Made by a program: the position numbers and the translations under genes. A DNA stretch of 64,000 nucleotides from assembly GCF_023055435.1 (NCBI RefSeq), contig NW_025964383.1:28768001-28832000 (forward strand). The letters run 5' to 3'. The number at the start of each line of letters is the position of its first letter. Position 1 is the stretch's first letter. Shown piece after piece: positions 1-12,377 of the stretch. The notes under the pieces are model-generated. The model saw only the letters and a list, made by a program, of their open reading frames with translations. It was not told where the DNA came from and made no database searches. The DNA is from Haliotis rufescens. Lineage: Eukaryota.

Positions 1-133
1 AAACAATCTCTGTTGTCATCAGGGTAAAGATCAAACATGAACTTCGGTTTATTAGAAATTGAACTAAGATTATTTTCTTTATTGTTAGAAAAAGAAATAC
101 ATATAAGCATACATGTAGATCAACAGTTAAAAT

Positions 134-3100
134 TCATTTGAATTGTTTCATTGCATACTTTACAAACATGTCGACTGTGTGATCAGTGTCAGCATACTTG
201 GGAATAAGACCAACAAAAAAATACAAGAAGCCATGTATAGACCCCGGGGAGTTGTAGACAACCACGTCCACACTGGCGTCCTTCATCCTCTGAGCATACA
301 TCAGACCATCATCCCTCAGAACATCAAACTCAGCTGTGACCACAAACGCTGGAGCCACTCCACTAAGATCCGGAGCCATCAAGGGAGCAAAATAAGGATT
401 CAAAATAATGTTCTCAATTTGATTGGAGATGTTATCATCGCCATGATCTATATTGGTTGGTTCTAAGTTATCGCCGTGATATGCCGTTGGCAGCAGCTTG
501 GAACTAACATATGAAGCATAGATCGATTGTTTCAGCTTCCTAGAAGTGTGGTTGTTGGTACTGAAAGCTTCTATCATGGTTGGTGTGTTAATGCCCATGT
601 AGTTGCACCAATAACGTGTCATTGTCTCGCATTGGAGGAAGTAGGGAGAGGCCTCCTCGTTTGAAACGTAAGATGGGGTTTTGAAACTGAACGCTTGGAG
701 CGCCGGGTAGATGAGCCACTGGAACCTGAGTTTGGGGATGTCTTTCACCTCAGATAGCTTCAGAGCTACTGCAGCTGCGAGATTACCACCCGAGCTGTCC
801 CCTGTGAAGTTAAACGTGAATGGATGAGAGAAACGGTCACACATCTCTTGAACTTGGGTCCAAGGTGTAAATACATATGAAGAGTTGATTTAGGCAGTCA
901 GTGCGTGGAACCACACAATGCTTGTACAGCTCGGTGTTCTTCTTTTAACATCGCTCTTTATAACAAATATTAGGCACAATAAGCAGTAATTGGCCAATCG
1001 AAATCTTCATAATTGATCTTTATTACTTGTTGTGACCTCGCATAATCAAAGTGTGATTTCCAACAATCGACGATTAAACCGTCCCTTACCTGCAATAGCT
1101 ATGTTCTCTGCATCTAGACCATATGTCCCTGCGTGGGCCAACACGTGAAGGGCTGCTTTTAGACATGCCTCGAACGGTTTAGGGAACGGATTTTCAGGGG
1201 CTAGCGGATACCTGTAAGGATTCACAAAATGGTGATGACTTCGGCATGCAAACATAGAAATATTTAGCAATAATGCTGTTGTAATACAGTCATTTTGTGA
1301 TGTCAGAGAAATGGATGATGAGGTTAGGCATACATTATTACCCTACATTTTTACTCACAATTTACAAACTTCTTATATGCATGATTCAAAATCAAATCGA
1401 AGTCTCTTATTGATGCCAGGTCCCTCACACACGCTCAATAGAATTTATAGCAGTATACTCCTTTAGGGAGAANNNNNNNNNNNNNNNNNNNNNNNNNNNN
1501 NNNNNNNNNNNNNNNNNNNNNNNNNNNNNNNNNNNNNNNNNNNNNNNNNNNNNNNNNNNNNNNNNNNNNNNNNNNNNNNNNNNNNNNNNNNNNNNNNNNN
1601 NNNNNNNNNNNNNNNNNNNNGTAAACTAGGTTTATAACACGCTTATAACACGAGAGAGAGAGAGAGAATCTGTATGCTGATCTCGGGAGGTAAAATGTGA
1701 AGTTTGAAATACTTCACGTTCAAAACTTGATGTTGCTGTTGTTTTTGCTGGCATTGTGTCATTGTATCCCATATTTCCTGGCTATGGAGTTAATGTCATT
1801 ATGATTGAATCAGTCAGTCCACAGCGTCTAATACCCATGACGTACTCACTCAATGGAAACAAAGACATAGCCAGATGTTACTGTTAAGTCTGATACTGTA
1901 TCATCGTAGCTGTCTGAAAGATAAAGGCACAAGCTTAAACAATGTAAGTGATCTGTATTTCTATTTGTTACAAGCATTTTCATTCTTCTGAATCATCAAT
2001 TACTTCCACAGTTCTATATTTACAATTGAATACGAATTAGCATTATGAACTATTGAGACACACTTTCTTTATTTGATTTTATAATTATTATTTCCTGTTA
2101 CAAAGTGAAATTTTGTTGTTTCAAAGTTTTAATGACTCAGCGTACAGACATGGATTCAGCTGAATTATCATTGTTCGGCATATACAGCTTATTAGCCGAA
2201 TGTATTTTCATATCACCGTATTTTGGGAATAAAACTGTATTATGCGATTCTTTGGCTTTTATTCCTGATATACTTCATGATGCAGCTTTAGAAACCGCGC
2301 ATGAATACAGTGATTGGGTGAACCGCCTAATTTATCAAGTAATGCCACGTGCCATGCAGCCATATTGGACTATATAAACACGGCGACACTTATCTCAAAA
2401 TAAATTGAACGTGAGTCAATAGTTTACTGATGAAGGAGACATTGCAACGATGTTTTGGAGCTTTAAAGTAGTTCTTCATTTGCATATTCATCGGATCGTG
2501 ATACCAAGTTTATCAGACTGGTTTATCGCATCGACAACACTCGCCATAATACAGGGGAAACACTCGCCATAACACAGGGAAAATACTCGCAATAACACAG
2601 GGAAAACATTCGCCATAACACAGGGGAAACACTCGCCATAAGACAGGGAAAACATTCGCCATAACACAGGGAAAACAATCGCCATAACACAGGGAAAACA
2701 TTCGCCATAACACAGGGAAAACACTCGCCATAAGACAGGGGAAAGACTCGCCATAACACAGGGGAAACACTCGCCATAACACAGGGAAAACACTCCCCAT
2801 AACACAGGGGAAACACTCGCCATAACAAAGGGGAAACACTCGCCATAACACAGGGAAAACACTCGCCATAACACAGGGAAAACACTCGCCATAACACAGG
2901 GGAAACACTCGCCATAACACAGGGGAGACACTCGCCATAATACAGGGGAAACACTCGCCATAAGACAGGGGAAACACTCGCCATAACACAGGGAAAACCC
3001 TCGTCATAACAAAGGGGAAACACTCGCCATAACACAGGGGAAACACTCGCCATAACACAGGGGAAACACTCGCCATAACACAGGGAAAACACTCGCCATA

Positions 3101-4959
3101 ACACAGGGGAAACACTCGCCATAACACAGGGGAAACACTCGCCATAACACAGGGAATCACTCGCCATAACACAGGGGAAACACTCGCCATAACACAGGGG
3201 AAACACTCGCCATAACACAGGGAAAAGAAATTCTGACCAGGGTGTCGGTTCCAAAATAACAGCTAGAGTCGATCGAGAAAAATATCAGTGGAACAAAGAT
3301 GGAAAAAAAAACCGAAAGTGAAAGGTAGCCTAAATAGTCCATGCGCTCACCTTGTAGGCTCCAGTTCAATCGGTACAGCCTATAATGTATGTTATTGGAC
3401 TTTTTGTTTTCGTACCTACGTTTAGGATGGTCCAGCCCCCACCATGAATATATATCACGGATGGCGATGGGTTTGCTGCACTTGTTGGACGATACAGCCT
3501 TACCGGTACACCATCAAACGTGTAGTCTTCCACCTGTGTGAAGATGCATACAACATGACATTAAAAACTTCACAGGGGCAGCTATACAGTAAAATGCGTT
3601 TATAACGAACACGCTTATAACGAACTGACTGATATTACGAACTTATTTCTTGGTCGCGGCCCTTGACTGTATATAATCTGTATATGTGGTAATAACGAAC
3701 TACGCTTATAACGAACTGACTGATATTACGAACTTATTTATTGGTCGCGGCCATTATTTGTATATATTCTGTATGTATGGTTATAACGAACTACGCTTAT
3801 AACGAACTAGAATTAGTGGCCAATATGAGTTCGTTATAACCGTAGTTTACTGTCCATTGACTAAATGCGTGAAGGGGACACAAGCTGGGACACTACCACC
3901 GGGTACTAGGGGCACATATTAACCCCATATCCTTACATGGCAGCTAGATCTTACGTGCTGTGTAATCCGATGTGTGTTACCTTTAGTTGATCTGTCTCGG
4001 GAGGTGGGATTTTGTCTGAGAGGATGAGACTAGTAAGCATTCTCGCCACGTTATCCGGCCTCTCCACACCAAGACCTCCTGCCACGCCTCCCTTCACAGA
4101 AATGTTCATGAAAGGTTTAATGCCAACGACTGGCTCAACAAGGTGAAATGAATGTGCATAGTTATATGGAGCAAACTATAACCGTATTCAATACTGGCAT
4201 CCTGAATCCGTTTAATGTCTTAGAATGGATATGATAACTTGTGGTTGGTTGGTTGGTTTGTTGTTTAACGCCGCACTCAGCAATATTCCATCTATATGAC
4301 GGCGGTCTGTAAATAATCGATTCTGGACCAGACAATCCAGTGATTGATATCATGAGCATCGATCCACGCATTTGGGATCGATGGCATGCATCAACCAAGT
4401 CAGCGAGCCTGACCACCCGATCCCATTAGTCGCCTTTTACGACGAGCATAGTCACCTTTGACGGCAAGCATGGGTTGCTGAAGACCTATTCTACCCCGGA
4501 ATCTTCACGGGTCACATTTGTCAATATTACGTCATATATTTTAGGATTGAAAGATATGAAAAACATGAAACAGCACGAGACATTCCGACTCAAATTGTGA
4601 CGTGTTGTAATCGTCATAATAACAATCGTGCTATCAACCCCTGAGTGAGTGAGTGAGTGAGTGATCGATGTTAAATGTGGAAACAGCTTGAAATCGCACC
4701 AACTCCCTTTAGCTTCGCCTATGACAGACAACATGCAAACAACACTTACACGTCTTAGAAGCAGTTACAGGAATTAAAAGTAGGACAAACCAAATCTCAA
4801 TCAACATACCGTTATTCTAACAACTCTTGCAAATGTGGAGATCATCCTCGCTTGATACGTGTCCACAATACCCTCCATCAACGGTATGTACGCGACATAC
4901 GAAAGGCCCGCAAAGACGACTGCAGCACCCACGAGGCAAGGGAGGTTACAGCAAAACAT
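134..4959 (-). CDS. Arylacetamide deacetylase / neutral cholesterol ester hydrolase 1-like esterase (HSL family alpha/beta hydrolase), 6 exons, ~410 aa
   Basis: Hand-spliced exons 4810-4959, 3981-4091, 3416-3533, 1850-1913, 1090-1211 and 134-801. All have GT-AG junctions, compatible phases and a total of 1233 nt. The protein has an N-terminal hydrophobic anchor, IYIHGGGW, EYPLAPE, the GDSSGG nucleophile elbow, AEFDVLRDDG and HGF. Confidence 0.93.
1473..1620. other. Assembly gap (N run) inside intron 4 of the esterase gene
   Basis: Run of n bases. Confidence 1.
2536..3225. repeat. Minisatellite, 23-bp unit (ACACTCGCCATAACACAGGGGAA), ~30 copies, in intron 3 of the esterase gene
   Basis: Direct reading; it explains the 23-aa-periodic spurious ORFs in all three minus frames. 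Confidence 0.97.
3587..3852. mobile_element. Tc1/mariner-pogo-type MITE (CAGTAAA...TTTACTG termini, internal TTATAACGAAC subrepeats)
   Basis: Imperfect TIRs cagtaaaatgcgtttataacgaac / gttcgttataaccgtagtttactg, preceded by TA. A second family member lies at 6981-7143. Confidence 0.75.
4243..4513 (-). mobile_element. Abundant ~250-bp non-tRNA-headed SINE-like element (family R), representative full copy
   Basis: Head GACCCGTGAAGATYCGGGGTAGAATAGGTCTTCAGCAACCCATGCTTGTCGTAAGAGGCGACTAA, tail GCTGGAATATTGCTGAGTGCGGCGTTAAACAACAA plus (CAAA/CCAA)n. About 20 full or partial copies in the window, e.g. 6137-6385, 9058-9330, 11000-11210, 13961-14210, 15682-15937, 18848-19118, 22660-22870, 24790-24990, 45840-46097, 61205-61448. 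Confidence 0.85.
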
Positions 4960-5279
4960 TGTCGCCTGTAACAGATAGTAAAGCAGAGCTAAGAGCTGGT
5001 CCTTGGGTTCCTTTCGGTGATACCTTAATTTGAACTCACTAGACTTGCTTAAAGGAGTACCAATAATGTAATTACTTACAGGTAGGCCGAGCGACATAGT
5101 CTTGTTACTGTTTGTGTTTAAAAAAATCTATGCCCCGATTGTGAGGGTCCATATTTCGAGGATTTATATGATAAAAAACTATCGTGAATGGTGTCGTATT
5201 TCTAATATCTAGCTGTCTGTCTGAAACTTCAACGTAACGTAACGTTTCGTGAATAATTTTATTATTGTTTTGAAACATT

Positions 5280-5997
5280 GTTGACTGCGCTAACCTAGCG
5301 CTGTAATGTGCCGACCTCGCTGTGGTGCAACTGAAAGATTGTTGACTGCGCCACGACAGTGCTGTAATGTGTCGACCTCGCTGTGGTGCAACTGAAAGAT
5401 TGCTGACTACGCCAAGACAGTGTTGTAACGTGCCGACCTTGCTGTGGTGCAACTGAAAGATTGCGGTCTACGCCACGACAGTGCTGTAACGTGTCGACCT
5501 CTATGCGGTGCAACTGAAAGATTGCTGACTACGCCACCACAGTGCTGTAACGTTCCGACCTCGCTGTGGTGCAACTGAAAGATTGCTGACTACGCCACGA
5601 CAGTGCTGTAACGTTCCGACCTCGCTGTGGTGCAACTGAAAGATTGCTGACTACGCCACGACAGTGTTGTAACGTGCCGACCTCGCTGTGGTGCAACTGA
5701 AAGATTGCTGACTACGCCAAGACAGTGCTGTAACGTTCCGACCTCGCTGTGGTGCAACTGAGAGAATGCTGACTGCGCCACGACAGTGTTGTAACGTGCC
5801 GACCTTGCTGTGGTGCAACTGAAAGATTGCTGACTACGCCACAACAGTGCTGTAACGTGCCGACCTCGCTGCGGTGCAACTGAAAGATTGCTGTCTACGC
5901 CACGACAGTGCTGTAACGTGCCGACCTCGCTGCGGTGCAACTGAAAGATTGCTGTCTACGCCACGACAGTGCTGTAACGTGCCGACCTCGCTGTGGT
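5280..5997. repeat. Minisatellite, 61-bp unit, ~11.5 copies, just upstream of the esterase first coding exon
   Basis: TGTGGTGCAACTGAAAGATTGCTGACTACGCCACGACAGTGCTGTAACGTGCCGACCTCGC recurs at 5321, 5382, 5443 and onwards. Confidence 0.97.
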
Positions 5998-6136
5998 TTA
6001 AATAGACATTGCTTACAATGTAATAGTGATTCATAAACACATGTTGTTGATACACTTGTACTCGGAATCGTACAATCGAATTTGTGAAAATATGTCTCAT
6101 GATTATCACGTATTACATAACATAATGCCCAACAAG

Positions 6137-6385
6137 AGACCCGTGAAGATCCGGGGAAGAATAGGTTTCAGCAACTCATGCTTGTCGTAAGAGGCGACAA
6201 ACGGGATAGGGTGGTCAGGCTCGCCGACTTGGTTGATATGCATGTCATCGTACCCCAATTGCGTGGGTCGATGCTCATGATGTCAATCACTGGATTGTCT
6301 GGTCCAGACTCGATTATGTACAGACCGCCGTCATATAGCTGGAATATTGCAGAGTGTGGCGTTAAACAACAAAAAAGCAAACAAA
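6137..6385 (+). mobile_element. SINE-like family R copy
   Basis: Same head, body and tail as 4243-4513. Confidence 0.85.
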
Positions 6386-6920
6386 CTCGATAAGAGTATC
6401 AGACATTTGCTTGTAGCAGGCCATGTTGTCCTAAGTGTGTGAGTGAGTGTTGTTTTACTCCGCTTTTAGCAATATTCCAGCAAGATCACGGTGGCCGAGT
6501 ATATCAATGACAGATATATTGATAAATTCTAGACATCCGTACAATATATGGAAAAGAACAATACTCATTAGTATTTATTTTCTAAGGTTGAGACCCAGCC
6601 TTGCTGAAAAAATTAATAACTCTTAACAGAAAGCTTGTTATAATTACCTGTAGGTTCGCTTAACACCCGTGATCAGTTCAGTACAGGCCGGATCTTGACA
6701 TGTGTTTTGCTAGGTCAGGTTTCGGCCATAGTCCATGTCGATGTGAGATACAATGACCTACTTTAATGCAATGGCTTTATCACAGCGTTTAGGGAGATAC
6801 GTGCTGATGCATCTTGGCCTGTGTAGTGCACTAATAAACACCACTTTATGATGTGGAGGACACATGTATCGATGTCTATAGGAAGTATACTCCTTTAGGG
6901 AGATGACCGCGTCTGAATAC

Positions 6921-6923
<3 letters not shown>

Positions 6924-6954
<31 letters not shown>
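6924..6954. repeat. (GA)n microsatellite
   Basis: Direct reading. Confidence 0.95.
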
Positions 6955-6956
<2 letters not shown>

Positions 6957-6980
6957 GAGAGCCAGGTAGGGTAACAAGTA

Positions 6981-7143
6981 CAGTAAACTAGGTTTATAAC
7001 ACGCTTATCACGGATATAACGAACTTATTTATTTTTTTACCGGCCATTTCTTGTATATATGCTGTATATATGCTTATAACGAACTACGGTTATTACGAAC
7101 TAAAATCAGTGGTCCCTTTGTTCGTTTTAACCGTAGTTTATTG
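6981..7143. mobile_element. Tc1/mariner-pogo-type MITE with TA TSD
   Basis: ta|cagtaaactaggtttataac ... gttttaaccgtagtttattg|ta; related to 3587-3852. Confidence 0.7.
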
Positions 7144-7716
7144 TAATGCCGATATTATAGTGCACACCAACCTAAGATCCACTAGATGTCCAATGCAATT
7201 CCCTATTTTGACCTGGACCATGCGTTCCCGTGTTTTTTTCAGGTGAACATTTGACTTGCCTTTGCATGTGTTTATGACGAGTGCCACCGGTGGGTCAGGA
7301 TTCGCGCACTTTTTCGCGAACACCTCTGTATCATTGCTATTTGATAGTGATTCATAAACACATGATCATGACATTGTACGAATCGTAGAGTCGACTGTTT
7401 TAGGCAGAGATTTCTTATGAATATTGAAAAGGGTTTGGGTTTTTATCATAATAGGAATAGTTTGGACAGGATATTGATTGCAATACACCAGCTATATGAC
7501 GCTGGTCTATAAATAATAAAGTCTGGACTACACAGGCCAGTGATTGACATCATGAGCATCGATCCACGCAATTGGGATACGATGACATGCATCAACCTAA
7601 TCAGCTGCCTACCGGGATTCGAACCCACAATCATAGGTTTCTGGCGTGCCCAAGGGACGCAACTCTGCACAGCGAATCGCGGCGCCTCAGACAACTGCGC
7701 CACCCGTGCCCCCTGT

Positions 7717-7945
7717 TATAGTACTAGCACACTGAGATGGCACGCCGCAGATAACATGAATACCCCACTCAGACACAGTATACCGAGCCAACCAGTCCTT
7801 GTTTTAGCCCCTTAATGCCGAGTGCCAGACAGGGTAACAACAAGTACCATCGTTTAACGTCTTTGGTATGACGCGGCCGGGGATCGCACACGGGTCTACC
7901 TCTCTCCGGGCGGACACTCTAACACTAGACTACGGAGGTGGCACT
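7717..7945 (-). mobile_element. tRNA-derived SINE (family M; central domain resembles the Meta/MESC domain)
   Basis: Reverse-complement match to the full copy at 45231-45591. Further minus-strand copies at ~15090-15316 and ~18536-18790. Confidence 0.75.
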
Positions 7946-8506
7946 TAGCTTTTCCGAGGCAGCCCGTAATAATAATAACAACTGAGTCAGGATCAGGCAA
8001 ACCAGTTTTTGTCAGCAGGAGCAACGTTCCACGCCATGGAGAATACATGGAGACAACACACACCACCCGAATCCCGTTCAAGTCGACGTTTACGACAAGG
8101 ATAAAGTACTTGGGGTCAACTCTGACACAGAATACTTAAAGACTGTCCCACCGGAACCATTACATATTTTTGTTTAACGTCAAACTGTTAATCGTCTTGG
8201 TCTTTTGAATAGCGAAGAAAGACGAATACGATTCGATCAATCCCACATAAGCAAATATCAAAACAATCAATATGTATGGTCATTTAGGGTCAAGCGCTGT
8301 GTGAAACCTATTAACGTAATATGACCATTTGAGAAAGATAAGTTCCCTGTCTTAAAAGATCAAGTCACTCCCTCTTTGTGTATTGTTATAGGTGATTAGG
8401 TGTACAAGATCATGAAGATATGACTTCTATTTTCTCTCGCCAATTACCAATACAAACATTAGTGTCCACGTATGTTGTGTTGACGAAGGAGTTGGCTTCT
8501 TTGCAA

Positions 8507-11500
8507 ATGAAGGGCAAAATGAGAATTCTTCTGTCAGTGACGATCTTTCTTTCGTTGCACCTTGCTCAAAACCTAAATGGTGAAGCAATTTCTCCAAGCA
8601 AGGCAATAACTCATGGTGGACAGAAAGATGCCCAAAATGATGTCTATACCTCTCGATATGCGTACTTGTTGGAACTGCAGAGTTCAATGGACATGTTGGA
8701 ACAACGGCTGGGGCAAGACATCTCGACAGTAGAGGAGGAAAACAAGAAAGAAGAATGGGTCAACAAGAAACAGAGTGAAGTTAATCTTACAGGAAAAGCC
8801 AAGGGTAAATCAAACAGTCTAAAATGAATGTATTTGAAAATCTTGCTTTTAGGTAAAAAAAAAGCTTATGTTTTGACGGCATAATATCAGGTATTTCATG
8901 ATGTCATGAACAAAACTGTGTCTAGTGTACAGACACTAGTGGTTGGAAGTACGACAGTATCTCTTAAAATACCAACCAAATATTTTGTGATAAGTGGGTA
9001 TATCGCTTGTTTCACAAAGTGGTTCTGTGAAGGACATATCTGTGATCAGAAAGCTTGTTTTGGTTTGGTTTGTTGTTTTACGCCGCACTCAGCAATATTC
9101 CAGCTGTATGACGGCGGTCTGTAAAATATTCGAGTCTGAACCAGACAATCCACTGATTGACATCATGAGCATCGATTCACGCAATTGGAATCGATGACAT
9201 GTATCAACCAAGTCAGCGAGTCTGACCACCCGATCCCGTTAGTCGCCTTTTCATCATGAACATCGATCCACGCAATTGGGATACGATGACATGCATCAAC
9301 AAAGTCAGCGCCTTTTACGATAAGCATGTAGGGCCATAAAATGAAATGAGAATAAGCTAGGTGCTTGATTGGAAGCGGATAAGAATAATGCTTGCTTGCA
9401 TATGATCAATCATGAAATGACACTGCTGGCATAACTTGCAGAAAGTTTCAAACCTGTCTTAGACAATTTGATCATAATTACAAAACCTTGAGGTGTCATA
9501 AAACCCAAAGAAATAATATGTGCTATAAGCTTTCAAAGATGATCACATCTTAAGCAAGGTTACACATTGACATGGTAAGTTGGAGCGGAGCTCTCCAGAA
9601 TTTGAATAACCATTTCAGCGATTAGACATGCTCTAACCAATTCGACAGTGGCTACTAATCAAAGACCTTAGTACCTAAAGTGTTTAAAACAGGACTGTTT
9701 TGATAACCGTGTTTTTAAAGACGTTTACGAACTGTAATATTGAATGATGTCAGCATGATCAAGAATTACTTGACTTGTTTCAGGGTTCTCAAACCGTAAC
9801 TATGCTGGCGTGATACTTTCCTGTGAAGAGGACATATCAGGTATATGTGCAAGCCGTCAACATCCTGGTGTCTTCTACTACATTCGAGCAGGGAACAAAA
9901 ATGAAAAAGGGGAAAGCATTATCTACGCATACGACACCAATAAACGGTCAATTATCGTTGAGATCAGTTTGGATGCTGTCAACACTGACTGGGAAGATAT
10001 CGCATGTGGTCCTTGTGATTCGGATGGATTTGGACATTGTATTTATGTATCTGATACTGGACATACAGGAGAAGGTCCTTCTAATCTGATCTACAAGGTA
10101 CAGGAACCAGAGGAAGTGATACAGGGTCGTAAACTGTCTCTCGGGGAGGACGAAATCGAGGTCATTGGCTTTGAGTAAGCTAATACTCTAAACTTTGGCC
10201 ACGCATTACCTTTTTCATGTTTACAGATATATTTTCAGAAATCTCACTGAGAGGCGGTCGTAAAACAATATCGACTTCTTTCTGTTTTTAATTTACTTAT
10301 TACACTAGTGTGTGTCCAAATAATAATATATGTTGCCATTGAAATTGGCATATATTGAATATTGCAATTGGTGTATTGAGTTTGAACTGATTGTCACGAA
10401 TTACATTTTGATGCTGTATTGTATGTTAATGTTCAACAGAATATTTTAGAGATACGCACAATGTGTTGTCAATGTAGACCTAGGCTACCTGTGGGATCAA
10501 CCATTCTAGATTTAACATTTGAAACCTCAAAATTCAAGTTAACACGGTTAAATGAAGCCAACATAAAGTGGGCATCCCTAAAGTTTAGATCTACTCTGCA
10601 CGTCCCTAGTACGATGTCACACCACTCATATGTCGTCGGTTACAGAAAAGCGTCAATTTGAAGGTCTCTGTTCCTAAAACTTGAAATGTACACTCTAAGT
10701 CGATTTGGTTTTTTTCTGCCAAAATTTATTATCACACGAACTTTCAATGTTGTTGTTACGGCAACTGTCGTTTTGTAACGTGAAATGCTATATATCATGA
10801 TTTGAAAACCTGTGATCAATAGTTGTCCAAATTCATGGTATTTTATGAAACCATGTTTTGGGGGGACTTATTCTTATGTTCATGTTACAGTCGATTATAT
10901 CTAATCTATGCAGAGAAATAACGACGGTGATAATGTCCTGATCACCTGTTGGAAGTGATGAAAAGGGCGATTTTAACGTATAGCCTCCATTAGACTGTTT
11001 CGTTTGTATGTTTGTTTGTTGTTGTTTAACGCCGCATTCAGCAATATTCAAGCTAAATGACGGCGGTCTTTAAATAATCGAGTCTGGACCAGACAATCCA
11101 GTGATTTACATCATGGGCATCGATCCACGCAATTGAATAACGATGACATGCATCAACCAAGGCAACGAGCCTGACCACCCGATCCCGTTGGTCGCCTCTT
11201 ACGACAAGCATTACTAGAATATACAAGTTCATATAACAGTGTGCTTATTGTAGTCAGTTTGCGACGGTGTACTTCAACATGTGATATGAGAAAATAAACA
11301 GTTAAGTTCAGTTCCTTAGGAACAACATTCCTTCTACTGCCAAGAAATCTTTTCAATCTCTGAAAAGGTATCCATTTTGATCTTTTCAGATCCACATTGA
11401 AGAATAGTAAGACACTCATGGTTTCACCAAGAGGCAGAATCTTCCTCATGGATTCTTCCCGCCAACCTAGAGGGTTATATGAAATCGATGAATATGAAGC

Positions 11501-11921
11501 CAAACACCTCTTTAATGTGGCTTTACCCAATGGCAACTCATACGAAGGTCCGAGTGGTGGAGATATATCTGTAGATGGTAAGGGATTCCTTATCAAGTTC
11601 AAAGAGGAGGTATTCTACTGGTATGTTGATGCAGAAGAAGATATGGAAAAGGTCCTCACCGATTCCAAACAGTCCATGCAACTACCTTATTGGACAGAAA
11701 CATTTGGCGAATCAGTTGCATGGAGTCTTGATGGGGCATCCTACTTTACAGTCTCTGCAGGCTGTAACGAACCACTATATCGATATGAGAGACTTGATCA
11801 TGCCACAACCGCAGTGTCAGAACACACTGACTATTATGTTGAATACGATGGAGATGATGATGATGAAGACGACGTTGTGATGCCTCCGTTGGGTATCTTT
11901 AGTTCGCTTTTGTTTGGGTAG
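8507..11921 (+). CDS. Secreted bacterial-like beta-propeller protein with acidic tail, paralogue 1 (3 exons, ~406 aa)
   Basis: Exons 8507-8804, 9784-10174 and 11390-11921 (GT-AG, phases 1 and 2, 1221 nt). Signal peptide MRILLSVTIFLSLHLAQNLNG; motifs ISGICASRQHPGV, DWEDIACGPC, GGDISVDG, LPY..E..GESVAWSLDG. Confidence 0.88.
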
Positions 11922-12179
11922 GCATGATAATATGTACCTCAGAATTTTGCAATGATCATCTTTATCTTTAAACATCATACCATTGGTTCAGAGATACAGT
12001 GATCCTGCAGATATTTATCGTGTAATGAAGACTAAACCTGTCAATGTTATACATGATAATATAAAATTGAACACTGACAACAAATTGTAGCTTATTCCTT
12101 TACGCTTATTTATCAACCTGACCTAGCAATAAAACATCTCATATATTTCATAGTTCGATTGATGCATTAATATTATGAG

Positions 12180-12340
12180 TGAGGGAGTGAGGTTTTACGC
12201 CGCTTTTAGCAATATTCCAGCAATATCACGGCGGGGGACACCAGAAATGGGCTTCACACATTGTACCCATGTCGGGAATCGAACCCGGGTCTTCGGCGTG
12301 ACGAGCTAACGCTTTAACCACTAGGCTACCCGACCGCCCC
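12180..12340 (-). mobile_element. tRNA-derived SINE (family A), full length, with 15-bp TSD CATTAATATTATGAG
   Basis: A box TAGCCTAGTGG, B box GGTTCGATTCC, (ACTC)n tail; TSD at 12165-12179 and 12341-12355. Confidence 0.92.
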
Positions 12341-12377
12341 CATTAATATTATGAGCGACAACAAAACTATCCACACG

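Noticed and set aside
2488-3254. Three long overlapping Cys-rich minus-strand ORFs
   Set aside because: They are translations of a 23-bp minisatellite inside an intron.
4162-4416. Recurrent short ORFs such as MVRLADLVD...IIYRPPSYSWNIAECGVKQQ
   Set aside because: They are chance frames within the family R repeat, seen in many copies on both strands.
5105-6109. Repetitive ORFs / CRISPR-like periodicity
   Set aside because: This is a head-to-tail 61-bp tandem repeat with no unique spacers, in a eukaryotic context with no cas genes.
8427-8687. Antisense ORFs over the paralogue exons (also 11153-11602, 19544-19804, 23069-23434)
   Set aside because: They are shadow frames of the real plus-strand exons.
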